The position numbers were made by a program, and so were the translations under genes. A model generated the notes under the pieces. It did not search any database, was not told the origin of the DNA, and saw only the letters and a list, made by a program, of their open reading frames with translations. A stretch of DNA of 64,000 nt from Promethearchaeota archaeon (GTDB lineage Archaea > Asgardarchaeota > Thorarchaeia > Thorarchaeales > Thorarchaeaceae): contig WJMJ01000046.1 of the NCBI GenBank assembly GCA_014728035.1, positions 128,001 through 192,000 on the forward strand. The letters are read 5' to 3'. Numbering within the stretch: position 1 is the stretch's first letter; each line of letters starts with the position of its first letter. Below, one piece after another: positions 51,170 through 60,631 of the stretch.

Positions 51170-51273
51170 GCTCCGGTAGATCCGTAATCAATTTATGGAG
51201 CCGAGTGTAGTCCGGCCCAGCATGAAGGACTCTCGATCCTTCGACCCGGGTTCGAATCCCGGCCGGAGCACCA
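51170..51273 (+). tRNA. tRNA-Glu(CTC) with a 26-nt intron at 10/11 (51180-51205)
   Basis: GCTCCGG/CCGGAGC-A-CCA; AAGGA-CTCTCGA-TCCTT; CCGGG-TTCGAAT-CCCGG; BHB central helix CGGT/GCCG, bulges AG|A and AG|T, intron helix TCCGTAA/TTATGGA. Confidence 0.9.
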
Positions 51274-51282
51274 ATCTTGTTT

Positions 51283-53250
51283 TTAGCTTAGTAAATATTT
51301 TCGCCTGAAGAACGGAATACATACTATTAGTGTGGATATTGAACTTGTTATAAAAATCCCCGGAAGGCCAATTCCTTGTGATGCTAATATCTCATCATGA
51401 CTTATACAAATTGCTACAATGCCAGTTTTATTTAAGAATCTACTATTTTCTTCGATTTCGTATTTCAAAATATAACAACCAGAGGTGTTGGGCATAGGAA
51501 TAACAATATGTAAATATCCATCAGAATTAGATACAACGGAATGAGATATATTTAGCCATTCATAGGTGAACCCCATATTTTCTGCAGCAACACCATTCAA
51601 ACCAATTAGTGAAAAATCTAGATGAATTTGTTGCAAGGGACAACTTGTGAATCTATCTATCAATAGTACTGTTAAGGGAACCTGTTCGCATATATTTATC
51701 GAATATATGAAGCACACCGGAGTTTCATATCTAGTTTCATTCCCATCATATTGTATTACGTACTGATATTTTCCAGTTTCAGAAGGACAGGTGATATCAA
51801 ATGAAGCTAAACCATTAACGGTGGTGTAAATGGACATAAGAACTGAACTTTCCAGTAATACATATAATACACAATGTGAAAGAGGATGTGTTTCATTAAT
51901 AATAGTGAACTCAAAGTGGATAACCTGACGAGGGAAGGCATATCCATCGATGGATGAATTTATTAAAGTAATAGTAGGCCTTGACCAGATTGTTGCGATA
52001 TATGAAACTGATTGATTGACAAACTGATTCTGAATCAATATAGCAAATTTTCTAAGCCCTTTTTTCCCTACTATTTCAAATCTGAAAGCAGCAGAAATGT
52101 TAGAAAGAGAATCAATTGGATAGTGAAAAATATCTAAAGATAAGTCATGAATAACCACATTCAGATCATAAAGAGTACGATTAAAAATATCTGAAACTGT
52201 CACATTAATTGATACAAGTTCATTCAATATATAGGAAGAGTTGGTACTGATAACTGCAAGAGGTGATGAGAGGATTATTGAGTGTTTTGTAGTTACAGTA
52301 TTATAACGTGAGTTACCATCAAAAACAATAGCAAGAGAATGATTGAACAGTTCAAAGGATTCATCAAATTCTAGAAAGAAATCAATGAACCCACTTTCAT
52401 TTGTTTGTTGAATCTCATATACTTCATAATCTATCAATATGGTAATGGGTACTCCTGCAATGGGAGAATCAAATGAAGCAAGTTGGAAATGGAATGATGA
52501 TGAATCATTCAGAGATGCATGAATGATTTCAGAATAATTGGAATGAAATTGAGTTTCCAATTTATGAATCTCAAAAGTATAAAGGGAACTACTTGAGGAA
52601 TAGAAACGATTCGAATCATCATGCACGGTTATTAGAAGTTGGTTATCACCCAAGCTAAAAACATCTAATTCACATTTAATACGAAAAGAAGTCGATCCAT
52701 TTTGGTTAGTTGTCGATGTATCAAGAATTGTATCTTCAAAAAATACTGATACATTCACATCACCTAATGTGAAACCAGAATCATCGAATACAGATACATC
52801 TAGTTGCATAAAATCATCAGGAACATAAATCGAAGCGTTAGCTTCGATATTAGCAGTGGTGGATGAATATAATTCAAAGAAGTAAAATTGAACTGAAGGA
52901 TAAAGATATTCAGACTGATTTCCTCTGAAGGTGGCATTCAAAAGAGTGGGGCCTAATGAATGAGTGTATGGAATTGTCCACTCAATACAAGCATAGCCTG
53001 TTTCATCTGTAATACTAAAACCTAACAAAGTATTCTCAGTTTCATCATAAAACTGGATTTTTTGATTAGGAACAGGATCTCCATAGGTACCATTTTGAAG
53101 CAAAGTCACCCCAAAAGACAAAGTATCACCACGTTCATAGATATCTGTATTATCTGCCGAAACATCAGAAATTGTGAAAAATAAGAAACAGCATATGAAA
53201 CAGAAAAATAAGAGAGGTGGTGATATTTTGTTCAACGATATACACTCCAA
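51283..53250 (-). CDS. Membrane-anchored Ig-like repeat surface protein
   Basis: Signal peptide; repeated T(D/N)xxG motifs; C-terminal TM helix followed by RRK. Confidence 0.8.
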   Translation of the reverse strand: MECISLNKISPPLLFFCFICCFLFFTISDVSADNTDIYERGDTLSFGVTLLQNGTYGDPVPNQKIQFYDETENTLLGFSITDETGYACIEWTIPYTHSLGPTLLNATFRGNQSEYLYPSVQFYFFELYSSTTANIEANASIYVPDDFMQLDVSVFDDSGFTLGDVNVSVFFEDTILDTSTTNQNGSTSFRIKCELDVFSLGDNQLLITVHDDSNRFYSSSSSLYTFEIHKLETQFHSNYSEIIHASLNDSSSFHFQLASFDSPIAGVPITILIDYEVYEIQQTNESGFIDFFLEFDESFELFNHSLAIVFDGNSRYNTVTTKHSIILSSPLAVISTNSSYILNELVSINVTVSDIFNRTLYDLNVVIHDLSLDIFHYPIDSLSNISAAFRFEIVGKKGLRKFAILIQNQFVNQSVSYIATIWSRPTITLINSSIDGYAFPRQVIHFEFTIINETHPLSHCVLYVLLESSVLMSIYTTVNGLASFDITCPSETGKYQYVIQYDGNETRYETPVCFIYSINICEQVPLTVLLIDRFTSCPLQQIHLDFSLIGLNGVAAENMGFTYEWLNISHSVVSNSDGYLHIVIPMPNTSGCYILKYEIEENSRFLNKTGIVAICISHDEILASQGIGLPGIFITSSISTLIVCIPFFRRKYLLS

Positions 53251-53482
53251 ATATCTAGTAATAGTAATTTCAGAACGACTTGAATCATTTCAAGAATAAT
53301 ATCAGATTTGACATATTTAAGGTCCAATCTCAATTAGAATAGAAGCCAAATCAGAAATTGCTAATGAGTTAGCACCAGAATTCAACGATTGAATGAAGTA
53401 TTCAATTTCAAGTGGTGTTCATATGGGTTTGAATGAACATAAGATTGAGCTCCTAAATGGAAAAAATTACGGTGAATAGTGG

Positions 53483-56400
53483 GTGCAACCTTTGAAATGG
53501 CAAGATTTCACAAAAGATGCTATAGCTCAAAAAATTAGTAGAAATCAGATACAAAAGATATGGTTTTTCTGTTTTATTATTTCATGTGTGTATTTCATCA
53601 TTGGATACCTCTTGCCACTTGTTGTCGAGGATTTTATGTTTATACTGCCAGGGAAAAATCTGATTGAGTATGGTATCTACAGTATACCCGTCATAATATC
53701 AACTCTTTACGCGTACTTGACCATATCTGAAGAGGATATCATCCACAAAATTGATGGGCCCTATCAAACTATTCAAGTTGGAAATAGTTTCGTCTTGACA
53801 CAATGCTTTGAAATTCAGACGGTTTCAAGTAATTTAGAAAGTACTATAGAACCAACATCCAAATACGAAACATCAATGCTTCTTGCCCTAAGGGCAGGTA
53901 TGGACCAGAATGTAAGTATGGCATATGAAACAGGTGTTTTTCAAGGAACTCCTTTTATCAGGTTAGCAATCTCAGTAGTAGGTAAGAATATAGATGAGCT
54001 AAAACAATTTCTCAGAAGAGAAGCGATACGATCTGAAGCAATAATAATTTCTTCCATAGAAGGAGCTAGTCTCAGACTGCTAGAAAATATTGAATTAGAT
54101 GATGCACTATCACAGTTTACCAATACTGAAAATGCCATTATTGATGAGCCTGAATTAATTAAGACAAGTATGATATCAATAAAAGGAAATCCCAAGATAA
54201 ATCCAACATTACAATCAACACAAATTGACAAATTCCTTTCTACTGCTCTTAAACAGCAATATTCTGTTTGTCTTACAACAGTATTTTCAAGAGCTGAATC
54301 AGGTAAAGAAAAAAAGAAACTCGAATCTAAATATAAAAAGATAAGGACAAAAGAAAAAGAGAAAGAAGACTCTTTAACGGATTATGCAGAAAAACAACGA
54401 ATTTTGAAACAGTATGAAAAAGTTCAAAATGACTCTGGATGGTTTGATACTTCAACATATATTCTATTCAGAGAAAGCTTAGACAAAATAGATTCGCTCC
54501 AGCAAGCAGTAAAGGGAATCGTATTATCTATATGGGGAGGCACGAATGAAATCGAACTATCAGAAAAGAATATTGGGACTAAGACTAAAATTCAGCTGCA
54601 ATCAAGAAGACATATCAAGAAGTACAAATTACATGTTACGGAATTAGCAGCTTTTGTGAATCTGCCAATTCAGCCACTTCCTGTAATTTCTTCAATACCA
54701 AAACCCACTTTTTCTGTCCCATCGAAAGAAAGTGTGGATAATGAACTTGTTATCGGAAAAATGATTTTTGAAGACAAACCAATAGGATCTGTTGGTCTAA
54801 AAGAGAACTGGCTTAGAGAACACCTTGCTGTTCTTGGAGCAACTGGAACTGGGAAAACCACCTTAGTGAGGAAACTAATTCACGAAATTAGTACTAAGAC
54901 AAATATTCCCTGGTGGATATTTGATGTGAAAGGTTCCGAATATGCAGATTTAGCTAAAGAAGATCCAAATGGAGTTGTGATTCGTCCAGGACTTGATGAA
55001 ACTTTTACCCTTCATCTTCTGAATCCAAGGAGTAAAGATATTCAACAGGAAAGTCATACAACATTTTTGATACTGAGAGAATTGCTAAGAGAAAGAAATA
55101 GCTCATCAGAACTTTCTCCAGCCATGGAGAGGGTGTTAAGAGAATCTATAATTGAATTAGCAGAAAAAGAAAACCTAGCCAAATCTGTAGAGAATCTTGT
55201 AGAGATAATAAAAAAGAATGCAACTGATAATAGAACAGGAGATCTAACTAAAGACGCACTACTGAATAGACTTGAAATATTATTGAGAGATCCCTTGGGT
55301 ACAATTCTAAGTGGTGGGAAAGGTGCGATTGATATAGAGAATCTCCTTGACAGAAGAGTAGTTTTTGATTTACGATATGTTTCCAGAAAGGGAGGAATGG
55401 ATGCTGCTAGATTATTGTACAATCTTGTTGCTAAAAAGATATTTGACGTTTCAATGAAAAGAGGTATTACTCCAAAAGTACATCATATTGTTGTTCTAGA
55501 AGAGGCTAGTAACCTTGTTCCAGAAAGTTATACTCGAAGCTCTGCAGCTGATGTAACAACTGGGGAGTCCATGGTGCTTCTTCAAAGAGCAACTGGTCAA
55601 GGAGTCATAGTTGTATCAACTAGGCCAAATATATCATCTAACATTTTAGCAAATACAGCAACAAAGATAACGTTCAGATTGCCATATGATAGCTCTATTG
55701 GTGGAAGGTTTTTGGCATTGGAGGAGCTACAAGAAAAATATCTTCGCACCATGCAAAGAGGAAGAGCAATAGCAATATTCCCAGGAACGGAAGCTTTCGA
55801 AATAGCAACGGAAAAACCATCGGACATGATTTCAATATTTGATCAAGATACAGAATCTAAGGATCAAATACGAATTGAAACACATCATTATGAGTCAAGT
55901 GTTCAGGATAAAGAAGAATCTACATCGATATATGATAGGTTTGGAAACATCGCAAATCATATTGTTGCATTTCTTGCATCTAATAAAATGGCAACAGAGG
56001 AGGGGATAATAGGTCACATCGAATCATTAGAGATGAATATTAGTAAAGAAGATGTAAGAGAAATCATTTGGGAACTGATATCTCTTGGGACGATTCAGAG
56101 AGAATCCATATCACTTGTTGGAGGAGGTTTCATTTTCTGTTTGCCAAACTGCGGGAAAGATTCAGTTAAACAAGTTATAGTAGACTACATTGTATCAAAG
56201 CTTACGGAAATAGACGAAGAAATAGATTATCAAACTATGAACGGAAATCCTACTCTAGTAGTTAATAAGACAGGTATAGCTATATTTCCAGAACATATCA
56301 AGGCATCCGAATTAAATCAGATAATGGAGAACATATCAGAAATTTTGAATAACCATACTTCATATCATAGCTTGATTGTGATTGTCAGAGGTAGTGTGGC

Positions 56401-57187
56401 AGCCGCTGAATTGAGAGAGTTAATAGAAAATAGTGAAAGCCATGAAGATGTGTCTGTAATTCCTGCATTCCCTTCATCAATTGATCAAATGCTAAAAACC
56501 CATGTTCAAGAGTCAAGACCTGCAACCGTTACGAAGAAAGCCTCAAAAAGTCAATATATTCCTTCAAAGGATTCACAAATAATAGCTCCTGAAAGAGCAG
56601 AAACAAAAAACAAAAGAACACAGTTAAAAATATGGAAAGACTTGGTTCTTAAATTTGTTAAGATATCTGATGGTAGTATTGAATGGAACAACTTGCTAGA
56701 ATTTATAGAAACTACGGCTATTCAATCGCATAACAAAAGGTCAATTCCATTAGATATCGAAATGGGAACAAAATGTTTGAAAGAGTTACTAGCAGACGAA
56801 GAGCTTATTGCAATTCGTATAGGTGAATATACAACAATTAACGGCTATTCGCCTGGTTTGTGGGTGCTTGGTGCAAATCAAATTATGAAAATCAAAGAAC
56901 ATGTAATTCAAGACATCCAAAAACATCTTTTGAAAAAGTCAAATAAAATTGGATTGGCCCATGAATCATATGATATCTGTGATGGTACGACTTCATATAT
57001 CATTTTACCTTCACAGAAACAACTTTCAGAAATTTCAAATTGTGAAAAAGAGGTGAAATGTGAAGTCTGTGGTGCTACAAAAATAATATGTATAGTTGCA
57101 GCTTCTGAATATATTGATGAAAGGTTGTTGAAAAAAGAAAATATTCAGATTCGAACTATTGAAGAAGGGATAACTATACTGACATAA
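53483..57187 (+). CDS. Membrane-anchored HerA/VirB4-like ATPase with long C-terminal extension
   Basis: Two N-terminal TM helices, HLAVLGATGTGKT, IFDVKG.EY, VVLEEA, STRP, NTATKITF. Confidence 0.85.
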   Translation: MQPLKWQDFTKDAIAQKISRNQIQKIWFFCFIISCVYFIIGYLLPLVVEDFMFILPGKNLIEYGIYSIPVIISTLYAYLTISEEDIIHKIDGPYQTIQVGNSFVLTQCFEIQTVSSNLESTIEPTSKYETSMLLALRAGMDQNVSMAYETGVFQGTPFIRLAISVVGKNIDELKQFLRREAIRSEAIIISSIEGASLRLLENIELDDALSQFTNTENAIIDEPELIKTSMISIKGNPKINPTLQSTQIDKFLSTALKQQYSVCLTTVFSRAESGKEKKKLESKYKKIRTKEKEKEDSLTDYAEKQRILKQYEKVQNDSGWFDTSTYILFRESLDKIDSLQQAVKGIVLSIWGGTNEIELSEKNIGTKTKIQLQSRRHIKKYKLHVTELAAFVNLPIQPLPVISSIPKPTFSVPSKESVDNELVIGKMIFEDKPIGSVGLKENWLREHLAVLGATGTGKTTLVRKLIHEISTKTNIPWWIFDVKGSEYADLAKEDPNGVVIRPGLDETFTLHLLNPRSKDIQQESHTTFLILRELLRERNSSSELSPAMERVLRESIIELAEKENLAKSVENLVEIIKKNATDNRTGDLTKDALLNRLEILLRDPLGTILSGGKGAIDIENLLDRRVVFDLRYVSRKGGMDAARLLYNLVAKKIFDVSMKRGITPKVHHIVVLEEASNLVPESYTRSSAADVTTGESMVLLQRATGQGVIVVSTRPNISSNILANTATKITFRLPYDSSIGGRFLALEELQEKYLRTMQRGRAIAIFPGTEAFEIATEKPSDMISIFDQDTESKDQIRIETHHYESSVQDKEESTSIYDRFGNIANHIVAFLASNKMATEEGIIGHIESLEMNISKEDVREIIWELISLGTIQRESISLVGGGFIFCLPNCGKDSVKQVIVDYIVSKLTEIDEEIDYQTMNGNPTLVVNKTGIAIFPEHIKASELNQIMENISEILNNHTSYHSLIVIVRGSVAAAELRELIENSESHEDVSVIPAFPSSIDQMLKTHVQESRPATVTKKASKSQYIPSKDSQIIAPERAETKNKRTQLKIWKDLVLKFVKISDGSIEWNNLLEFIETTAIQSHNKRSIPLDIEMGTKCLKELLADEELIAIRIGEYTTINGYSPGLWVLGANQIMKIKEHVIQDIQKHLLKKSNKIGLAHESYDICDGTTSYIILPSQKQLSEISNCEKEVKCEVCGATKIICIVAASEYIDERLLKKENIQIRTIEEGITILT

Positions 57188-57190
57188 AGA

Positions 57191-58000
57191 TTATAGCTCG
57201 ATTATGGTACATTTTGTATCCTTACCGGATAATAGAGATTTTAATCTTCCAGGAACAAGCAAATTGAATATTATGGTTCTAGAATTCTTAGAAATATGAA
57301 CAAGTTCCTGAATCTTTCTAAGCATACCTCCAGTGACATCTTTAGATTTAGAAGGTCCAACCATTGATAGAACTTGCTCGAGATTGAATCTTTCGATTTT
57401 GGGAATGAATGTGGCGGAGGGGTTTTCTTTAGGATCTTCAATAAAAATACCATCAACATCAGTACCAACAAAAATTGAATCTATTGGCAACTTCTTTGTA
57501 ATCTCAGCAATTATTGTATCTCCACTAAGAATAGCACTTCCTTTCGAGAGGTCGTAACAGACATCTCCATGGATAAGAACGTTGCACCCGGATTCAAGGA
57601 TTTTCAAAATAATGTCTACTGGGAAGGAAAGAGGAACTCCATCTTGTAACATTACAAAATTGAAAGGAGAAACAACTACTGAAGGAATGCCGAGTGAATT
57701 AAAGATGGATTCAACATCTAAGGAGAGAATAGTCATATTATGACGAATAAGTGGAATTCCAGAAAGTAAAGTAGACTTGGAAGTACTGGAATCATTATAT
57801 CCAAATTTGTGAGCTGCTTGATGCCCATGAGCACCCCCACCAAGAACAAAAATCATAGGATTTGAAATATGAGTTATTTCAGTGGCAATCTGTCTAATAA
57901 TTTCACGATTTGATTTGGGCGGTGATTGATTCTTGTACGTAATAACAGACCCACCAAGTTTTACCATACTATAGGAATTCATCGCAAACCAAGATTGCAA
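57191..58000 (-). CDS. Isopentenyl phosphate kinase
   Basis: KLGGSVIT.K, GGGAHGH, HGD, ILSGD, DVTGGM. Confidence 0.9.
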   Translation of the reverse strand: MQSWFAMNSYSMVKLGGSVITYKNQSPPKSNREIIRQIATEITHISNPMIFVLGGGAHGHQAAHKFGYNDSSTSKSTLLSGIPLIRHNMTILSLDVESIFNSLGIPSVVVSPFNFVMLQDGVPLSFPVDIILKILESGCNVLIHGDVCYDLSKGSAILSGDTIIAEITKKLPIDSIFVGTDVDGIFIEDPKENPSATFIPKIERFNLEQVLSMVGPSKSKDVTGGMLRKIQELVHISKNSRTIIFNLLVPGRLKSLLSGKDTKCTIIEL

Positions 58001-58133
58001 AACAGATAAAGGGCTATTAACCTATTTATGGAAGACATCTAAATCTGAATGGAAATATATCAGTCACAAGATAACCTTTTTATCCATATTTAGATTCACC
58101 TGAATGAACAGCCCAGCCAGAAGGGATTGCAAT

Positions 58134-58445
58134 ATGACACAGAGAGCCAGAATTCGTCTTTCAAGTACTAGTACAGAACATCTAGATGGAGTATGCAATC
58201 AAATCAAACGTATAACACGAAAAACAGGTGTACGTATGTCAGGACCAATCCCACTTCCTACTCGTAGAATGGTCATTCCTACAAGGAAAACACCATGTGG
58301 TGATGGATCACAATCCTGGGACAAATGGGAGATGCGAGTTCACAAAAGACTCATTGATATCGATGCAGACGAGCGTGCAATACGTCAGATTATGCGTGTA
58401 AGAATACCAGACTCTGTTTACATTGAAATTGAACTTACAGGATAA
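58134..58445 (+). CDS. rps10: 30S ribosomal protein uS10
   Basis: [29 protein letters not shown]; start placed at ATG 58134. Confidence 0.97.
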   Translation: MTQRARIRLSSTSTEHLDGVCNQIKRITRKTGVRMSGPIPLPTRRMVIPTRKTPCGDGSQSWDKWEMRVHKRLIDIDADERAIRQIMRVRIPDSVYIEIELTG

Positions 58446-58515
58446 AAGAAAAAGCACAAACCATTTGTGCATAGAATCCTATTTCTTTCTGTAATATCAT
58501 GAGGAGTCATATCCT

Positions 58516-60339
58516 GTGTGTGGAATTATAGCAGTAATACAGAAGAAAGGACAAGTTGCCCCATTTCTTCATCAAGCATTGAAACGTCTAGAATATAGAG
58601 GATATGATTCTGTAGGAATCACAACTATCAGTGAAGATCAACTCTTCACAAAGAAAGACAAAGGAAAAATCGATGAGGTCCATAAGAAACTTAACTTAGA
58701 TAATTTACCAGGTAGTATAGGAATCGGACACACAAGATGGGCAACACATGGAATTCCTTCTTTATATAATTCACATCCACATTTTGATTGTTATGAAAAA
58801 ATAGCTGTGGTTCACAATGGAGTGATAGACAACTTTTTGGAGCTTAGAAAGAAGCTTCTGAAGAAAGGTCATACCTTTGGCTCTGAAACTGATACCGAAG
58901 TCATTCCCCATATGATAGAAGATGAGATGAAATCAGGGAGTTCCTTAAAAGAAGCAATCAAAAATGTAACTGAGCGAATAGAGGGAACATATGCAATAGT
59001 TGCTATGTCAATTCACGAACCAGACAAAATTATCTGTACGAGAAATGGAAATCCATTAGTAATAGGAAAAAAGGAAGGTACATCATATGTGTCATCTGAT
59101 ATTCCAGCATTTCTTCCAATGACGAACAGTATGATTCTACTGTTAGATGGTGAAATTGCTACATTGACAACTGACGATGTAAGAATTGAGAAGCTATCTG
59201 ATGGCAGTGTTATCGAAAGAGATACTATCAAGATTAGCTGGACAGCAAGTCAAGCCCAGAAAGGTGGATTTCCACACTTCATGCTGAAAGAAATCCATGA
59301 ACAACCAGACGCAATCAAACAAACACTACGAATTAGACCTGAAATGTTTGTAAAAGCAGCAAATACAATTCAAGAAGCAAATCGAGTGTATTTTCTTGCA
59401 ATGGGAACCTCGGGACATTCCGCAATGGCCGGAAGGTATATGTTTGCCTCATCCTCAGGAATTGTACCTTCATTTGAACTAGCAAGTGATTTTACAGATA
59501 TCATGTATGACTCTATTTCAGAAGATGATTGTATTATTGCCATTACTCAATCAGGTGAAACAACTGATACGATAACTTCAGTAAAATATGCAAAAGAACA
59601 TGGGGCAAAAATTATTGCTATAACAAATGTAGTTGGTAGTTCGATTACGAGAATTGCAGATCATACTATAATAACACAAGCGGGACCAGAAATAGGAGTA
59701 GCGGCAACAAAAACATTGATGGTGCAGTTGGCTGCACTGGCACAGTTATCAATTCATACTGGACAAATAACCGAGTTTCGAACAAATGAATTTCTTATGA
59801 GAATGAGAGAAAACTTAGAGGAAGTTCCAGATAAAATATCAAATATAATTGCTATCGAGGAAGAAAAAGCAAGAAGACTGGCAAGGATATACTATAACAA
59901 ACCCAGCTTTCTATTCTTGGGTCGGGGCATATCAATCTCAACTGCATTTGAAGGAGCATTAAAGCTAAAGGAGATATCTTATAATCATGCGGAAGGTTAT
60001 TCGGCAGGAGAATCAAAACATGGTCCAATAGCACTTGTTGAGAAAGGATATCCAGTTATATTTGTTGCACCCAAAGATAGTACACATGGACGGATTATTG
60101 GAAATGTGATGGAAATGAAGTCACGTGGTGCTGAAATTATCTCGGTAATAGAGGAGAGTGATTCAGATTTGCTTGAACTTTCAGATCATGCTTTCCAAAT
60201 ACCATCAGGAATTAGACACGAGTTCTCACCTATGGCATACGTTGTACCATTACAGCTCTTCAGTTACTATATGGCAAGAAGAAATGGATATGATCCAGAC
60301 AAACCAAGAAACCTTGCAAAATCAGTCACAGTTCTTTGA
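58516..60339 (+). CDS. glmS: Glutamine-fructose-6-phosphate aminotransferase
   Basis: MCGI, LEYRGYDS, GHTRWATHG, QSGET, PRNLAKSVT. Confidence 0.97.
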   Translation: MCGIIAVIQKKGQVAPFLHQALKRLEYRGYDSVGITTISEDQLFTKKDKGKIDEVHKKLNLDNLPGSIGIGHTRWATHGIPSLYNSHPHFDCYEKIAVVHNGVIDNFLELRKKLLKKGHTFGSETDTEVIPHMIEDEMKSGSSLKEAIKNVTERIEGTYAIVAMSIHEPDKIICTRNGNPLVIGKKEGTSYVSSDIPAFLPMTNSMILLLDGEIATLTTDDVRIEKLSDGSVIERDTIKISWTASQAQKGGFPHFMLKEIHEQPDAIKQTLRIRPEMFVKAANTIQEANRVYFLAMGTSGHSAMAGRYMFASSSGIVPSFELASDFTDIMYDSISEDDCIIAITQSGETTDTITSVKYAKEHGAKIIAITNVVGSSITRIADHTIITQAGPEIGVAATKTLMVQLAALAQLSIHTGQITEFRTNEFLMRMRENLEEVPDKISNIIAIEEEKARRLARIYYNKPSFLFLGRGISISTAFEGALKLKEISYNHAEGYSAGESKHGPIALVEKGYPVIFVAPKDSTHGRIIGNVMEMKSRGAEIISVIEESDSDLLELSDHAFQIPSGIRHEFSPMAYVVPLQLFSYYMARRNGYDPDKPRNLAKSVTVL

Positions 60340-60373
60340 CGAGTTTATATTCTAAGGCTCGAAAAAGTAGTTA

Positions 60374-60631
60374 GTGGAGCTAATGCAATTAATTCAACTA
60401 TTAAGTCCTTTAACAGATTTTGTCAATCTAATCACAGGCTATTTCATTGAAATTTGGGATTTTCTTATATTTATTGGAAGTGTTTCAGCAGTAATGGTGG
60501 TATTATCAGGAGCGATATTGTGGTTCACAAATTTCAATGAAAAGAAAGGGAAAGGTCTGGTATTTAGCGGAATTCTATTAGCACTCGTTGTCGAATATTT
60601 CATTCTGTATCCACCAGAGTTTCTAATCTGA
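60374..60631 (+). CDS. Small two-helix membrane protein, VirB2/TrbC/CedA1-pilin-like
   Basis: Hydrophobic helix ending SGAILW, short basic loop EKKGK, second helix LVFSGILLAL. Confidence 0.5.
   Translation: MELMQLIQLLSPLTDFVNLITGYFIEIWDFLIFIGSVSAVMVVLSGAILWFTNFNEKKGKGLVFSGILLALVVEYFILYPPEFLI

Noticed and set aside
51151-51176. Second intron in the tRNA-Glu acceptor stem via the duplicated GCTCCGG
   Set aside because: The registers tried (3/4 and 7/8) give no BHB central helix
44602-57187. Integrated conjugative element at tRNA-Glu
   Set aside because: No integrase, relaxase or duplicated tRNA 3' end seen; rpo8 and TFB lie inside the region
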